Below are positions 10,717 to 20,848 of a DNA stretch of 64,000 bases, piece after piece. Position 1 is the stretch's first letter; every line of letters begins with the position of its first letter. The notes under the pieces are model-generated. The model did no database searches. It was not told the origin of the DNA and saw only the letters and a list, made by a program, of their open reading frames with translations. Source of the DNA: Acidobacteriota bacterium (GTDB taxonomy: Bacteria; Acidobacteriota; UBA890; WLXD01); NCBI GenBank assembly GCA_963666055.2, contig CAXWPH010000015.1, positions 704,001 to 768,000 on the forward strand. Direction: 5' to 3'. The translations under genes were made by a program, and so were the position numbers.

Positions 10717-11346
10717 TCAGACTCCGAACGACGGGTCGAGCTCGAGCATGCGGCGCGCCAGCTCGAGTCGGGCCCGATTAGCTCGCGCCTTGACGGTGCC
10801 AAGCGGAATCGACAACAGGTCGGAAATCTCACGCTGTTTGAGCCCCTGAATCTCTTTCAGCAGGATCATCTCCCGATTGATGGGGCTCATCTGGTCAATC
10901 GCCAGGCGCATCGTCGCTTGACGCTCACCCGCGATGTTGGCGGCCTCCGGCCCGGGCGACGGGTCGGGACCCGCCAAATGTTCGTCGACCGGCGCCCCAT
11001 CTAGCGCCGGTCGCGCCTTCAAGTGACGTAGCCGATCGATGCTGGCGTTGCGCGTTATTCGGACCGCCCATGCGCCGAAGCTGCCTCCCCGATCGAAGCT
11101 CGCGAGGCCCCTGTAGATGTGGACGAACGCTTCTTGAGCAACGTCGCGCGCTTCTTCACGGTCGCGAAGGTAGTGGTATGCCACGGCAAACACCCGTCCC
11201 TGAAATTGGCGCACCAGTGCTTCCCAAGCGACCTCGTCGCCAGTCCGGCAGCGCGCTATCAGAGTCTCGAGTTCCAAGGAGTCCCTTTCGTCCTCGTCAG
11301 CGCCGACGCGTGTTGTCGCCACAGCGCCGTCGCTTCTCAGCAGCAA
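10717..11346 (-). CDS. ECF RNA polymerase sigma factor (start uncertain)
   Basis: AWEALVRQF, ARDVAQEAF, FGAWAVRITRNASIDRLR, EISDLLSIPLGTVKARANRAR. Confidence 0.93.
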   Translation of the reverse strand: MLLRSDGAVATTRVGADEDERDSLELETLIARCRTGDEVAWEALVRQFQGRVFAVAYHYLRDREEARDVAQEAFVHIYRGLASFDRGGSFGAWAVRITRNASIDRLRHLKARPALDGAPVDEHLAGPDPSPGPEAANIAGERQATMRLAIDQMSPINREMILLKEIQGLKQREISDLLSIPLGTVKARANRARLELARRMLELDPSFGV

Positions 11347-11594
11347 TAACGTCCGCGTTGCGAAAAGGTTCGGTCGACAGCACCTGCGCGGAGCGATTCT
11401 CGATGGGTAGCCGAGGCTTGTCGTTCAGATCCCACCAATTCAGCTCGAGGCGAGGTGGAACGACCCAGCCGTGTACGCGCCGATCCAGCCGTTGTACGCT
11501 GCTCGTCGGCCAACGGACGACACGAAATAACGAGACCTTCGGACGCGGTCGCAGCATCGCGATCGAGACCGACCGTCCAGGAATCGGAGTGGTC

Positions 11595-12827
11595 ATGCGT
11601 CGAGCCCACGTTGCGCTCCTGCTGCTCGTCGTCGTTTCCATGGGAGCGGTGGCGCTCGCCATCGTACCGGCCGCGATGAACAATCCCTTCGAGGAGCAGA
11701 CCGCCGGGGCCATCGAGCGCCTGTATGTGCTGAAATCCTGGGCCCCAGCTGTCACGCTGGTGCTGGCCGTCGCTTGCCTGGGGCTTACCCATCGTGTCTG
11801 GGCGCTGTCCGCGTCCCGACCGGCGCGCGGCATCTCGCTGGCCGCCTTGATCCTGGCGGTAGCCGCGGCCTTCCTCGCTCGCGAGCAGCTGCTCGAGTGG
11901 ATGTTCGCACCATTGGAGACGATCCGTTTCGTCGCCCCGTCCGCGGCAACCCACGTGGCGAACGGTGACATGGTAATGGGCGTCGCGGTGGGGGGCGAGG
12001 CTCGCGCCTATCCGGTGCTGATGACCGCCTACTACCACATCGTCAACGACGAGCTCGCCGGCGAGCCCTACGTCGTCACCTACTGAGCGCTCTGCCACAC
12101 CGGTCTGGTGTGGCGATCACGGGTAAATGGCCGGACGCTGCAATTCCGGCTGGTCGGCATCAACAACCAGAACTTCATCATGCAGGACGAAGAAACCGGC
12201 ACCTGGTGGCAACAGATCACCGGCGAAGCACTGCACGGACCACTGGCGGGACAGCGGCTGGAACCCATGCCGTTCGAGATGGTGAGCCTGTCGATCTGGA
12301 GTAGCGAGCACCCCGGCACCGGCGTGCTTGCCGCCGAGCAGGACCGTCTTGATGACTATTCAACGCGGGATTGGGTCGCCAGCATGCAGGCCGACACTCC
12401 GGTGCCGGAGGGATTGGTGCCGGAGGGCGAATTGGCCCCACGGGCCCTGGTTGTCGGAGTCGAGATTAACGGCCGCGCTCAGGCTTACCCGCTCGACGTC
12501 CTGATCGCTCAGAATCCGATCGTCGACCGAATCGGCGACGTACCGCTACTTGTGTCGGTCGCCGGCGACAACCGATCCGTGCGCGTCTTCGACCGTCGTC
12601 TCGACGCGGTAGAGCTCGAGCTCTACGCACGTGCTGACGCGTCCCCTCCTTCGTTCGTCGACGCGGCGACCGGCTCCGAGTTCGATTTCAGAGGCGTGGG
12701 TGTCTCGGGTACGTATCAGGGCCGCGAGTTGAGCCGCATCTCGTCGATCACCGAGTTCTGGTTCGACTGGCGTAACTACAATCCCGACACCTGGGTGTAT
12801 CAGGCAGGAGGGCTGCCCGGGGGATAA
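11595..12827 (+). CDS. DUF3179 domain membrane-anchored selenoprotein (UGA at 12084-12086 read as Sec)
   Basis: ARAYP...YHIVNDELAGEPYVVTY-UGA-ALCHTG continues in frame into D-E-ETGTWWQQITGEALHGPLAG and EFWFDWRNYNPDT. The UGA sits at the first Cys of the family's TYCxxC motif. Confidence 0.85.
12094..12114 (+). promoter_or_regulatory. Bacterial SECIS-like hairpin
   Basis: GCCACACC-GGTCT-GGTGTGGC: perfect 8-bp stem with a GGUCU loop, as in the E. coli fdhF SECIS; loop begins 15 nt after the UGA. Confidence 0.75.
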
Positions 12828-12910
12828 GCGACCAGCGAGCCTCGATGTACTGCTATCCTCCCGTGCTGTGCCTCGTGGTCGGGGTCGAATTGATACTGCA
12901 GGAGGATTCG

Positions 12911-13408
12911 ATGTTCTCAAAGAAAGACGGTTTCGCACACACCGGGTGGATTGCTGGCATGGCGGTCTTGCCGCTGCTGATTTTGGCGATGGGCGGCTGT
13001 GGCGGTGCAGACGACAGCGCACCCGAGCCGGCCGAGCCGCCGCCGCCGGTCGAAGACACAAGCGTGGCGCCTAGAGCGTTCTTCGCTGAGCCCGCCGATG
13101 GCGCCACGGTTCAGGCACCGGTACATCTGGTGTTCGGCGCCGAGGGCTTCACCATCGAGCCCGCCGGTGACGAAACCGTCCACCAGGGAGCCGGCCACAT
13201 GCACATCGGCATCGACACCGAGTGCCTGCCTGCGGACACCATAATCCCGAAGGCCAGCCCATGGATCCACTTCGGCGATGGTTCCATGGAGATCGACGTG
13301 GATCTGACGCCGGGCGAGCACACGATCGCTCTACAGATCGGCGACGGCGAACATCGCACCCTCGACGAGCCGGGGCTCTGCAACGTGATCACGCTCAACG
13401 TCGAGTAA
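12911..13408 (+). CDS. DUF4399 domain lipoprotein
   Basis: GGAGG RBS; lipobox-like MGGC; FAEPADGATV, GHMHIGID, IHFGDG, LTPGEHTIALQIGDGEH. Confidence 0.85.
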   Translation: MFSKKDGFAHTGWIAGMAVLPLLILAMGGCGGADDSAPEPAEPPPPVEDTSVAPRAFFAEPADGATVQAPVHLVFGAEGFTIEPAGDETVHQGAGHMHIGIDTECLPADTIIPKASPWIHFGDGSMEIDVDLTPGEHTIALQIGDGEHRTLDEPGLCNVITLNVE

Positions 13409-13714
13409 GAACGCCCGAACACATTGCCCCGCACCGGCTTCCAAGACGCGAACGGAGCGCAACGAACCTGTGTCAACATCGCGTTGCTGGCCAGATTGGC
13501 ATTGTGGCTGGTGGATTGAGGCACCAGCTGCAGGCCTCGATGCCGGCGAAATCTGTCTTGTTCCTCTGGTGTTTTGGCCTTGAGCCTGTTAGATCAATAC
13601 GGGCCGAAGGTACCAGGAGATGGCTGCCAACGAACCATATGCGGACCTGCCGCTGCACGATGCCCCGTTGCATCGGTGATGCGGACGCGTTTGGCTGCAA
13701 CGAGGTGACTTTTT

Positions 13715-14362
13715 ATGTCTGAGGTGGAGATCATCACCGACGCTGATCCGCCCGTTTCGCGGCGGAACTTCATCAAGGGGGTAATCGCCAGCGGCGCTGC
13801 CGTGTCCTCCGCGGCATATCTGTTTCGTGGCGCCGGGACCGCCACTGCCCAGGGCACCGCCGGCGCCGTGGAGCGTCTCATCACGCTGACCGTCAACGGC
13901 CAGCAACGGAGAGTAGACATCCTGCCGCAGGAAACGCTCGCCATGACCCTGCGCTACAAACTCGGGCTTACCGGCACCAAGCTGGGCTGCGACCGCTCCG
14001 AGTGCGGCGCCTGTACGCTGCTGATCGACGGTGTGCCCCACTATTCGTGCTCGATACTCACCCACAGCGTGCGCGGGCGCGAGGTCGTCTCGATCGAGGG
14101 TCTCGCCAGCTCCTCCGGTGAGCTCCACCCGGTGCAGCAGGCGGTCGTCGACGGCGGCGGCTTCCAGTGCGCGTTCTGCGCTCCCGGCTTCATCATGAGC
14201 ATGGTGGCGCTGGTCGAACGGAACCCCGATCCCACTCGCGAGGAGGCCGCTCACGCGCTGTCTGGCAACCTTTGCCGGTGTTGCGACTACCACAAGATCC
14301 TCGACTGCACGATGGAGGCCGCTCGATACACGCGTGAGGGCGTGCCGGCGGTGGCAAACTGA
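13715..14362 (+). CDS. (2Fe-2S) subunit of xanthine-dehydrogenase-family enzyme with Tat signal (PaoA/YagT-like)
   Basis: SRRNFIK twin-arginine leader; GTKLGCDRSECGAC, FQCAFCAPGF, GNLCRC. Confidence 0.92.
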   Translation: MSEVEIITDADPPVSRRNFIKGVIASGAAVSSAAYLFRGAGTATAQGTAGAVERLITLTVNGQQRRVDILPQETLAMTLRYKLGLTGTKLGCDRSECGACTLLIDGVPHYSCSILTHSVRGREVVSIEGLASSSGELHPVQQAVVDGGGFQCAFCAPGFIMSMVALVERNPDPTREEAAHALSGNLCRCCDYHKILDCTMEAARYTREGVPAVAN

Positions 14363-16776
14363 TGGCCGGTAAGTGGAAGCTCATTGGCGAAGACATCGCA
14401 CCGCCAGACCTGGTGGCGAAGATCACCGGCAAGGCGAAGTACGCGGAGGACTTCCGCGCTGAAGGCATGCTGTTCGCCAAGGTCCTGGCGAGCCCGATGC
14501 CACACGCTCGCGTGACTCGCATCGACGCCAGCGCGGCGCTGCGAATGCCTGGTGTGGAAGGCGTGATCACCGCCGAGGACCTGCCGCCCAGCGATAACCC
14601 CTACGCCGAGCGCGCCCTCACCATGGAGCCGCTTTACGAGGGCGAGGCAATCCTGGCAGTCGCGGCGGTCGATGAAACCACCGCCGCCGATGCCATCGAG
14701 CGCATCGAGATCGATTTTGAGCCACTGCCGTTCGTCGTGGATCCGCTCGACAGCCTGCGTCCTGGTGGCCCCGACGCTCGGGTAGACGGCAACAGCTTCG
14801 TGCGTGAGGAAGGTGAGACCCACCTACGCTCGATCAAGTGGAGCGCCGAGGCGTTCGAAAACGCCGGCGACGGGCTCGCCATGGGTGAGGTCAACGCCGA
14901 GTGGAAGGTGGGCGATATCGAAGAGGGCTTCTCGGACGCCGACTTCGTCCTCGACGAGACCATCGTCCACCAGTCGTTGACGCACCATCCGCTCGAGCCG
15001 CGCAGCTGCATGGCCTACTGGCAGAATGGCAAGCTGTACTTGCATGCATCGACGCAGAGCGCCATGCGCACCGCCGGCGCGGTGGCGCGTGGCGTCGGAA
15101 TCGACACCGACGACCTGGTGTTCGTGGCGGAATACTGTGGCGGGGGTTTCGGCAGCAAGATCTCCGGCACCGTCAACATGCCGATCCCGGCGCTGCTCGC
15201 ACGCAAGACCGGCAAGCCCGTCATGTATCGCGTTACCCGCGCGGAAGAAAACTACTTCGGCCGCGCGCGACCAGGTTTCCAGGCACGGGTGAAGATGGGC
15301 TGGCGGGCCGATGGCCGACTGACCGCCCTCGACCTGTTCATCGTCCAGGACAACGGACCGTACGGCCGTCAGAGCGATATGTTTACCGCCGGCACGATCG
15401 GATCTCTGGCCTACACGCCTCTGACCATGCGCTTCCGTGGCGTCTCGGTGCTCACCAACACCCCGCCTCGCTCAGCCCAGCGTGGGCCGGGCGGTGTGCA
15501 GGTCGTGGCGATGCTCGAGCCGCTGATGGATCGCGCCGCCCGTCAGCTCGGCATCGACCGGGTGGCGATGCGCCGCATCAACGCTGCCGACCGCAACACC
15601 AAGTTCGGGTCGGGCCAGGCGGCGTTGACCAGCGCCTTCGTTCGTGAGGCGATCGATCTGGGCGCCGAGCTCTTCGACTGGGAAGCAAAGAGCCGCATGA
15701 GCGGCCAGCGCAATGGCACCAAGGTAACCGGGGTCGGGGTGGCGGTAAGCCCGTTCGTCGGCGGCAGCATCGGCTTCGACGGCCTCGTGATCCTCAAGGA
15801 GGACGGCAAGCTCTACATCCACCAGGGTATCGGCAACCTCGGCACTCACTCGGTTGCCGATACCGCTCGCGCAGCTGCAGAAGTGCTGGACATGCCGTGG
15901 GAGCAGGTGGAGATCGTCTGGGGGAGCACCGCTCGCAACCTACCCTACAGCGCCGTCCAGGCCGGCAGTCAGACCACGCACGCCCACACGCGCGCCAACT
16001 ACGCCGCCGGGCTGGACGCCAAGCGCAAGCTGCAGGAGCTCGCGGCACGCGATCTCGGGGGCTCACCGGACGACTATGATGTCGGCGGCGGCCGCGTGTA
16101 CAACCGCGGGAACCGTTCTAGGTCGATGACGCTCGCCGCGGCAGCACGCCGCGCCGTGGTGCTCGGAGGCAGATACGACGGGCACGAGCTGCCGGAGGAC
16201 ATCAACGACGCGACGGTCAAATCGGCCACCGCGCTGGCCGGGCAGGGCCTGATGGGCGTGGCCAAGGACACGTTCCCGCGCGAGGGCTCGACGTTCACCT
16301 GGGTGATCGGCTTCGCCCGCGTCGAGATCGACGTCGAGACCGGTCACGCGGAAATCGTCGAGTACGTCGCCACGACCGACTGTGGAACCATGCTTCATCC
16401 ACGCAGCCTGGGGGCACAGATCTACGGCGGCAGCATTCAGGGCTTCGGCGTCGCCATGAGCCAGAAGTGGGTCTACGACCCGCAGTGGGGCGTGCCTTTC
16501 ACCAAGGGCTTCCATATGGCGAAGCCGCCGACAATGCTAGATGTGCCGCTCGATGTGCAATGGGCGGCGGTCAACGAGCCCGACCCCTACAACCCTGTCG
16601 GGTGCAAGGGCATTGGTGAACCGCCCGTCGGGGCTGGCGCCGGCGCCGTCGCCTGCGCCATCCAGGATGCGCTCGGGGCGGCCGCCTTCAACCGAACGCC
16701 GATTACTACCGAGATGATCATGGCTGAGCTCGAAGACATTCCGGCACCATTCCGCCAACCCACCGCCCACCTGTAG
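14362..16776 (+). CDS. Molybdopterin-binding subunit, xanthine dehydrogenase/aldehyde oxidoreductase family (PaoC/YagR-like)
   Basis: KITGKAKYAED, SPMPHAR, HHPLEP, GGGFGSK, QRGPG, VEIDVETG, KGIGEPP. Confidence 0.93.
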   Translation: MAGKWKLIGEDIAPPDLVAKITGKAKYAEDFRAEGMLFAKVLASPMPHARVTRIDASAALRMPGVEGVITAEDLPPSDNPYAERALTMEPLYEGEAILAVAAVDETTAADAIERIEIDFEPLPFVVDPLDSLRPGGPDARVDGNSFVREEGETHLRSIKWSAEAFENAGDGLAMGEVNAEWKVGDIEEGFSDADFVLDETIVHQSLTHHPLEPRSCMAYWQNGKLYLHASTQSAMRTAGAVARGVGIDTDDLVFVAEYCGGGFGSKISGTVNMPIPALLARKTGKPVMYRVTRAEENYFGRARPGFQARVKMGWRADGRLTALDLFIVQDNGPYGRQSDMFTAGTIGSLAYTPLTMRFRGVSVLTNTPPRSAQRGPGGVQVVAMLEPLMDRAARQLGIDRVAMRRINAADRNTKFGSGQAALTSAFVREAIDLGAELFDWEAKSRMSGQRNGTKVTGVGVAVSPFVGGSIGFDGLVILKEDGKLYIHQGIGNLGTHSVADTARAAAEVLDMPWEQVEIVWGSTARNLPYSAVQAGSQTTHAHTRANYAAGLDAKRKLQELAARDLGGSPDDYDVGGGRVYNRGNRSRSMTLAAAARRAVVLGGRYDGHELPEDINDATVKSATALAGQGLMGVAKDTFPREGSTFTWVIGFARVEIDVETGHAEIVEYVATTDCGTMLHPRSLGAQIYGGSIQGFGVAMSQKWVYDPQWGVPFTKGFHMAKPPTMLDVPLDVQWAAVNEPDPYNPVGCKGIGEPPVGAGAGAVACAIQDALGAAAFNRTPITTEMIMAELEDIPAPFRQPTAHL

Positions 16777-16792
16777 GAAGGAGGAAGAGCCG

Positions 16793-17794
16793 ATGGCGAC
16801 GATTCGCGACATGATGCCGAGTTTCGACCTCTTTCAGCCGGCCAGCGTCGGCGACGCTGTCGCCTTGTTGGATCGCTACGGGTCCGACGCCTGGACACTG
16901 GGTGGCGGCCTCGACAGCTTCGAATGGCTCAAGGAGCGCATTCGCCGGCCGGCGGTAGTGGTTGACCTCGGATCCATCCCGGACCTGCGCGGCATTCGCG
17001 CGACCGACGACGGCATCGAGATCGGTGCGATGACGACGCTCACCGAGGTCGTTGGCGACGACGCCGTCAACGCCGACTTCGACCTCCTGGCCACCGCTGC
17101 TGTTGCCGTGGCGACGCCGCAGATCCGCAACCAGGGAACGCTGGGCGGCAACGTGGCGCAGGATGCGCGGTGCTGGTACTACCGTGGCGGCTGGCCGTGC
17201 TATCGGGCCGGCGGCAACATCTGCTACGCTGACACACCGACGTCGATCAACCGCGAGCACGCGCTGTTCGGCGCTGATCGCTGCGTGGCAGTGAACCAAT
17301 CCGACACCGCCCCGGCGCTGGTCGCTCTCGACGCCAAGATGGTGATCAACAACGCCTCGGGCGAGCGTGTCGTCGATGCCGAGGACTTCTTTCTCGGCCC
17401 GGGCGTCGACATCATGCGGATGACGGTGCTGGAGCCCAGCGATCTGTTGACCAGCATCCGTATCCCGGCAACTTGGGCGGGCGCGCGGTTCTACTTCGAG
17501 AAGGCGCGCGACCGACAGGCTTGGGACTTCCCACTCGTCAACATCGCCTCGGCGATGGAGGTCAGCGACGGCGTCATCCAACGCGCCCGCATCGTAGTGA
17601 ACGCGGTGTCGTGTGTCCCCATGAGGCTCCATACCGTCGAGCAGCAGATCCGCGGCGAACGGGTTAGCGAGGAGCTCGCCGAGGCAGCGGGTGAGGTAGC
17701 GGTCCAAGGTGCACGCCCGCTGGTGCACAACCGCTACAAGATCCCCTTGATGAGAAATCTCGTGAAGCGCGCCATTCGCGACGCTCAGGCCTGA
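16793..17794 (+). CDS. FAD-binding subunit with Cys-rich 4Fe-4S insert (PaoB/YagS-like)
   Basis: LGGGLD, ATPQIRNQGTLGGN, RCWYYR...C...C...C insert, SDTAPALVAL, NRYKI. Confidence 0.92.
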   Translation: MATIRDMMPSFDLFQPASVGDAVALLDRYGSDAWTLGGGLDSFEWLKERIRRPAVVVDLGSIPDLRGIRATDDGIEIGAMTTLTEVVGDDAVNADFDLLATAAVAVATPQIRNQGTLGGNVAQDARCWYYRGGWPCYRAGGNICYADTPTSINREHALFGADRCVAVNQSDTAPALVALDAKMVINNASGERVVDAEDFFLGPGVDIMRMTVLEPSDLLTSIRIPATWAGARFYFEKARDRQAWDFPLVNIASAMEVSDGVIQRARIVVNAVSCVPMRLHTVEQQIRGERVSEELAEAAGEVAVQGARPLVHNRYKIPLMRNLVKRAIRDAQA

Positions 17795-17805
17795 GGGCGG
17801 CGCCA

Positions 17806-18663
17806 ATGGACTTCCTGCAGTGGGAGCAGAACCCGTGGGGCCAGGAGATTCTCGTTCGTATCTCCTGGAGCCTATTCTGGATTGCCCTCGTCGCCGGTGT
17901 TCTGTTCGTGGTCTCACACTTGATCTTCCGCGTCACACTCGTACCCAAGATCAAGGCCTCGGCAGCGGCGGCGAAAGACGTGACCACGAGCGCCGCGACT
18001 GATATACCGGAGCAAGTGCCGCGCCACTCGTCGGCGTCGCGGGGCTTCCACTGGGTGATGGCAGCGTCGATGTTCGTGCTGCTCATCACCGGGTTTGCGC
18101 CCATTGTCGGCATTCAGTTCGCGTGGGTGACGATTCACTGGATCGCCGGCTTGGCGCTCATCGGCTGTGTGCTGTTTCACATCGTGCATGCCACTGCGCG
18201 CGGCAACTGGCGATCGGTGTGGTTCGAAAGCACCGACGTCGAGGACGTGCGTCGTAGAATTCGCCGTGCCCTGGGGCGCCCGACAGAACAACCTGCCAAG
18301 GATCCGAAGTACGCCCTTCCCAACCGGCTCTACCACCACGCGGTGGTGGTCACGTCGGCCATGGCGATCGGAACAGGGCTGCTGATGTTGGTCCGGGTCG
18401 AGACGCCGTTCTTGGCGCGCAATCCGTACATGTTGGCCGAACAGACCTGGGGCTGGGTGTACGTCCTTCATGGTCTTGGCGCGGTCGGCCTGGTGACCCT
18501 TATCGTGACGCACGTTTACTTCGCCGTGCTGCCCGAGAAGCGCTGGATCACGAAGGCGATGGTGCGCGGCTGGATCCATCGCGATGAGTATCTCGAGCAC
18601 CACGATCCGGCGCGCTGGAGCATCGCCGGATCGAAACCCGGTAGCGATTCCGACGCTGCGTGA
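17806..18663 (+). CDS. Cytochrome b membrane subunit (FdnI / Ni-hydrogenase cytochrome b-like)
   Basis: RGFHWVMA, IHWIAG, KY...NRLYH, VLHG...THVYFA, WITKAMVRGWI..EYLEHH. Confidence 0.85.
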   Translation: MDFLQWEQNPWGQEILVRISWSLFWIALVAGVLFVVSHLIFRVTLVPKIKASAAAAKDVTTSAATDIPEQVPRHSSASRGFHWVMAASMFVLLITGFAPIVGIQFAWVTIHWIAGLALIGCVLFHIVHATARGNWRSVWFESTDVEDVRRRIRRALGRPTEQPAKDPKYALPNRLYHHAVVVTSAMAIGTGLLMLVRVETPFLARNPYMLAEQTWGWVYVLHGLGAVGLVTLIVTHVYFAVLPEKRWITKAMVRGWIHRDEYLEHHDPARWSIAGSKPGSDSDAA

Positions 18664-18769
18664 GCTCGTCGGCCGGTGGGGAACGCATGCGCCGTTTCGG
18701 TTGTATCGTTCTGCTTGCCAATACTCCTTCGCTTCGCCAATCTGAATCGCCAGCCTCCGCCTTCGGCCG

Positions 18770-19165
18770 ATGAACGAGCTACAGCAACACATAGACACGC
18801 TCGAAGAAAGCTACGAGTTCATGCTCGCCTACGCAGCCCAGGGACTCGAGGGCGACAGCGGAAGCAAGTCCGGAGGCCAACTGCGTGAGTTCCTGCGGCG
18901 CTCAGTGATCGCCCTCACCGAGCTACCCGGGGTCGCGGCCGCATACGCGCCAAGCGGGGACGACACGGCAACAGAAGCCTACGCCGACTTCATGACTGTG
19001 CTCGAGGGCGATGCACGCAGTGGCCGCGCCGCCATTCAGCTGGTGCTATCGCAGCGATCCATCAGCTCGCAACTGGTCGACAACCTCAACGCGTCGATCC
19101 ATCTGCGCGCCCTGCTCACCGATCTATTTCTCCTCGACGAACTGCTGAAGCTGAGCGCCGGATAG
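18770..19165 (+). CDS. Hypothetical all-helical protein
   Basis: 131-aa ORF in operon orientation with protein-like sequence (IDTLEESYEFMLAYAAQG, SSQLVDNLNASIHLRALLTDLFLLDE). Confidence 0.7.
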   Translation: MNELQQHIDTLEESYEFMLAYAAQGLEGDSGSKSGGQLREFLRRSVIALTELPGVAAAYAPSGDDTATEAYADFMTVLEGDARSGRAAIQLVLSQRSISSQLVDNLNASIHLRALLTDLFLLDELLKLSAG

Positions 19166-19180
19166 CGGGGCCACCAACCG

Positions 19181-20752
19181 ATGGCTCACAGGGAGCTGCC
19201 CGTACCGCGGTTGGACCTGTCTGAGAAGGAGCTCCAGGAGCGCTTCGATACGCTCCAGGAGGCGCTCGTTCCGCTCTGGAAGTCGATCTCGCAGCTAAAC
19301 CAGGAAGAGCAGACGATCGTCGTCGTGCCGTCTGTCTCACTCGACTTCGCGCTGCGTCCCTCCGAGATGCAGGCCTACGAGGAGCGACTACTGTTTCTGC
19401 TGTTGTTGCTGCGACAGCCGCGTGCGCGCATGGTCTACGTCACCGGCCAACCGGTCCCTGAGGCGGTGATCGACTACTACCTTGCCTTGCTGCCTGGGTT
19501 GATACCTAGCCATGCGCGCGCTCGTCTGTTCATGCTGTCGGTAGGCGACGCTGATCCGATCCCGCTCACCCACAAGGTGCTACAGCGTCCGCGATTGATC
19601 GAGCGCATCAAGCATCTCGTGATCGATCCCGAGCGCGCCCATTTGGTGCCGTTCAACACCACCTGGGCAGAGCGCGACTTGGCGCTGCGACTCGGCATTC
19701 CGATGTACGGCAATGACCCTCGTCACGAGCACCTCGGATCCAAGAGCGGCAGCCGGCAGCTGTTCAAGCAGGCCGGGGTCCCCTGCCCCACTGGGTTCGA
19801 GAACCTGCGATCGCTCGACGACATCGTCGGAGCGATCGTCGAGCTCAAGAAGACCCAACCCGGGTGTCCGGCGGCGATCGTCAAGCTCGAAGCGTCGGTA
19901 TCCGGCGAGGGCAATGCCCAGATCGACCTTTCGGGCGTCGATGCCGAGCCGGCGGCCATCGAGCAACAGGTCCGGGAGATGACCACCGAGGTGGTGGGGT
20001 TGTCGGCAGATGACTATCTTGCCAAGTTCGCCCGAATAGGCGGGATCGTCGAAGAGCGCATCGTGGCAGATGGCGTGCTGAGCCCTAGCGCACAGTTGCG
20101 CATCACCCCGCTCCGCGACGTACAGCTGCTCTCGACCCACGATCAGCTTCTCGGGGGGCCCACCGGGCTGAGCTTTCTCGGTGCGCGGTTCCCGGCCGAC
20201 AGCGCCTATGCGTCGATGATCGCTCGGGAGGCGCTGAAGATCGGCCAGCTGATTGCTGAAGAGGGTGTCATCGGGCGCTTCGCGGTCGATTTCCTCACCG
20301 CGAAACAAGACGGCAACTGGAAAGCATGGGCCATCGAGGTAAACCTGCGTAAGGGTGGCACGACACATCCATTCCTGACGCTCCAGTTCCTCACGGACGG
20401 CAACTACGACTGGGAGTCGAATGCGTTCCGTACCCCGAGCGGCCAGCTCAAGTTCCTCGTTGCTAGCGACCACGTCGAGTCGGACGACTACAGGGTGCTC
20501 GAGATCGACGACCTGTTCGACGTCATGGTGGCGCACGGCATCCACTTCGATCACACCCGGCAACGCGGCATCGTGCTGCACATGATGGCCTGCCTGGGCG
20601 ACTGTGGACGCTTCGGCCTGACCGCCGTCGGCGACTCGGCGGACGACGCCCAAGCACTGTACCAGCAGGCGGAACGGGTGCTACTCGAGACGGCGCGAAA
20701 GGCGCGTGTCGATCAAGGGCTTTCCGGCGATACCGAAGAAGCCTGTAGCTAG
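19181..20752 (+). CDS. Peptide ligase PGM1-related ATP-grasp protein
   Basis: YEERLLFLLLLLRQP pre-ATP-grasp, GSKSGSR, SGEGNA, SPSAQ, STHDQLLGG, IEVNLRKGGTTHP. Confidence 0.87.
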   Translation: MAHRELPVPRLDLSEKELQERFDTLQEALVPLWKSISQLNQEEQTIVVVPSVSLDFALRPSEMQAYEERLLFLLLLLRQPRARMVYVTGQPVPEAVIDYYLALLPGLIPSHARARLFMLSVGDADPIPLTHKVLQRPRLIERIKHLVIDPERAHLVPFNTTWAERDLALRLGIPMYGNDPRHEHLGSKSGSRQLFKQAGVPCPTGFENLRSLDDIVGAIVELKKTQPGCPAAIVKLEASVSGEGNAQIDLSGVDAEPAAIEQQVREMTTEVVGLSADDYLAKFARIGGIVEERIVADGVLSPSAQLRITPLRDVQLLSTHDQLLGGPTGLSFLGARFPADSAYASMIAREALKIGQLIAEEGVIGRFAVDFLTAKQDGNWKAWAIEVNLRKGGTTHPFLTLQFLTDGNYDWESNAFRTPSGQLKFLVASDHVESDDYRVLEIDDLFDVMVAHGIHFDHTRQRGIVLHMMACLGDCGRFGLTAVGDSADDAQALYQQAERVLLETARKARVDQGLSGDTEEACS

Positions 20753-20848
20753 CCGGCCGGCCGCTTGCGACCGCTCGGTTGCGCCGCGCGACCGCCGCTG
20801 CGGTGCTAGAATTCGCCGCAAAACTGTCCCGGCCTCGTGGAGCCTGAG

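Noticed and set aside
13620-13679. Short ORF MAANEPYADLPLHDAPLHR after AGGAG, upstream of the Mo-enzyme operon
   Set aside because: SD-to-ATG spacing is too short and there is no other support.
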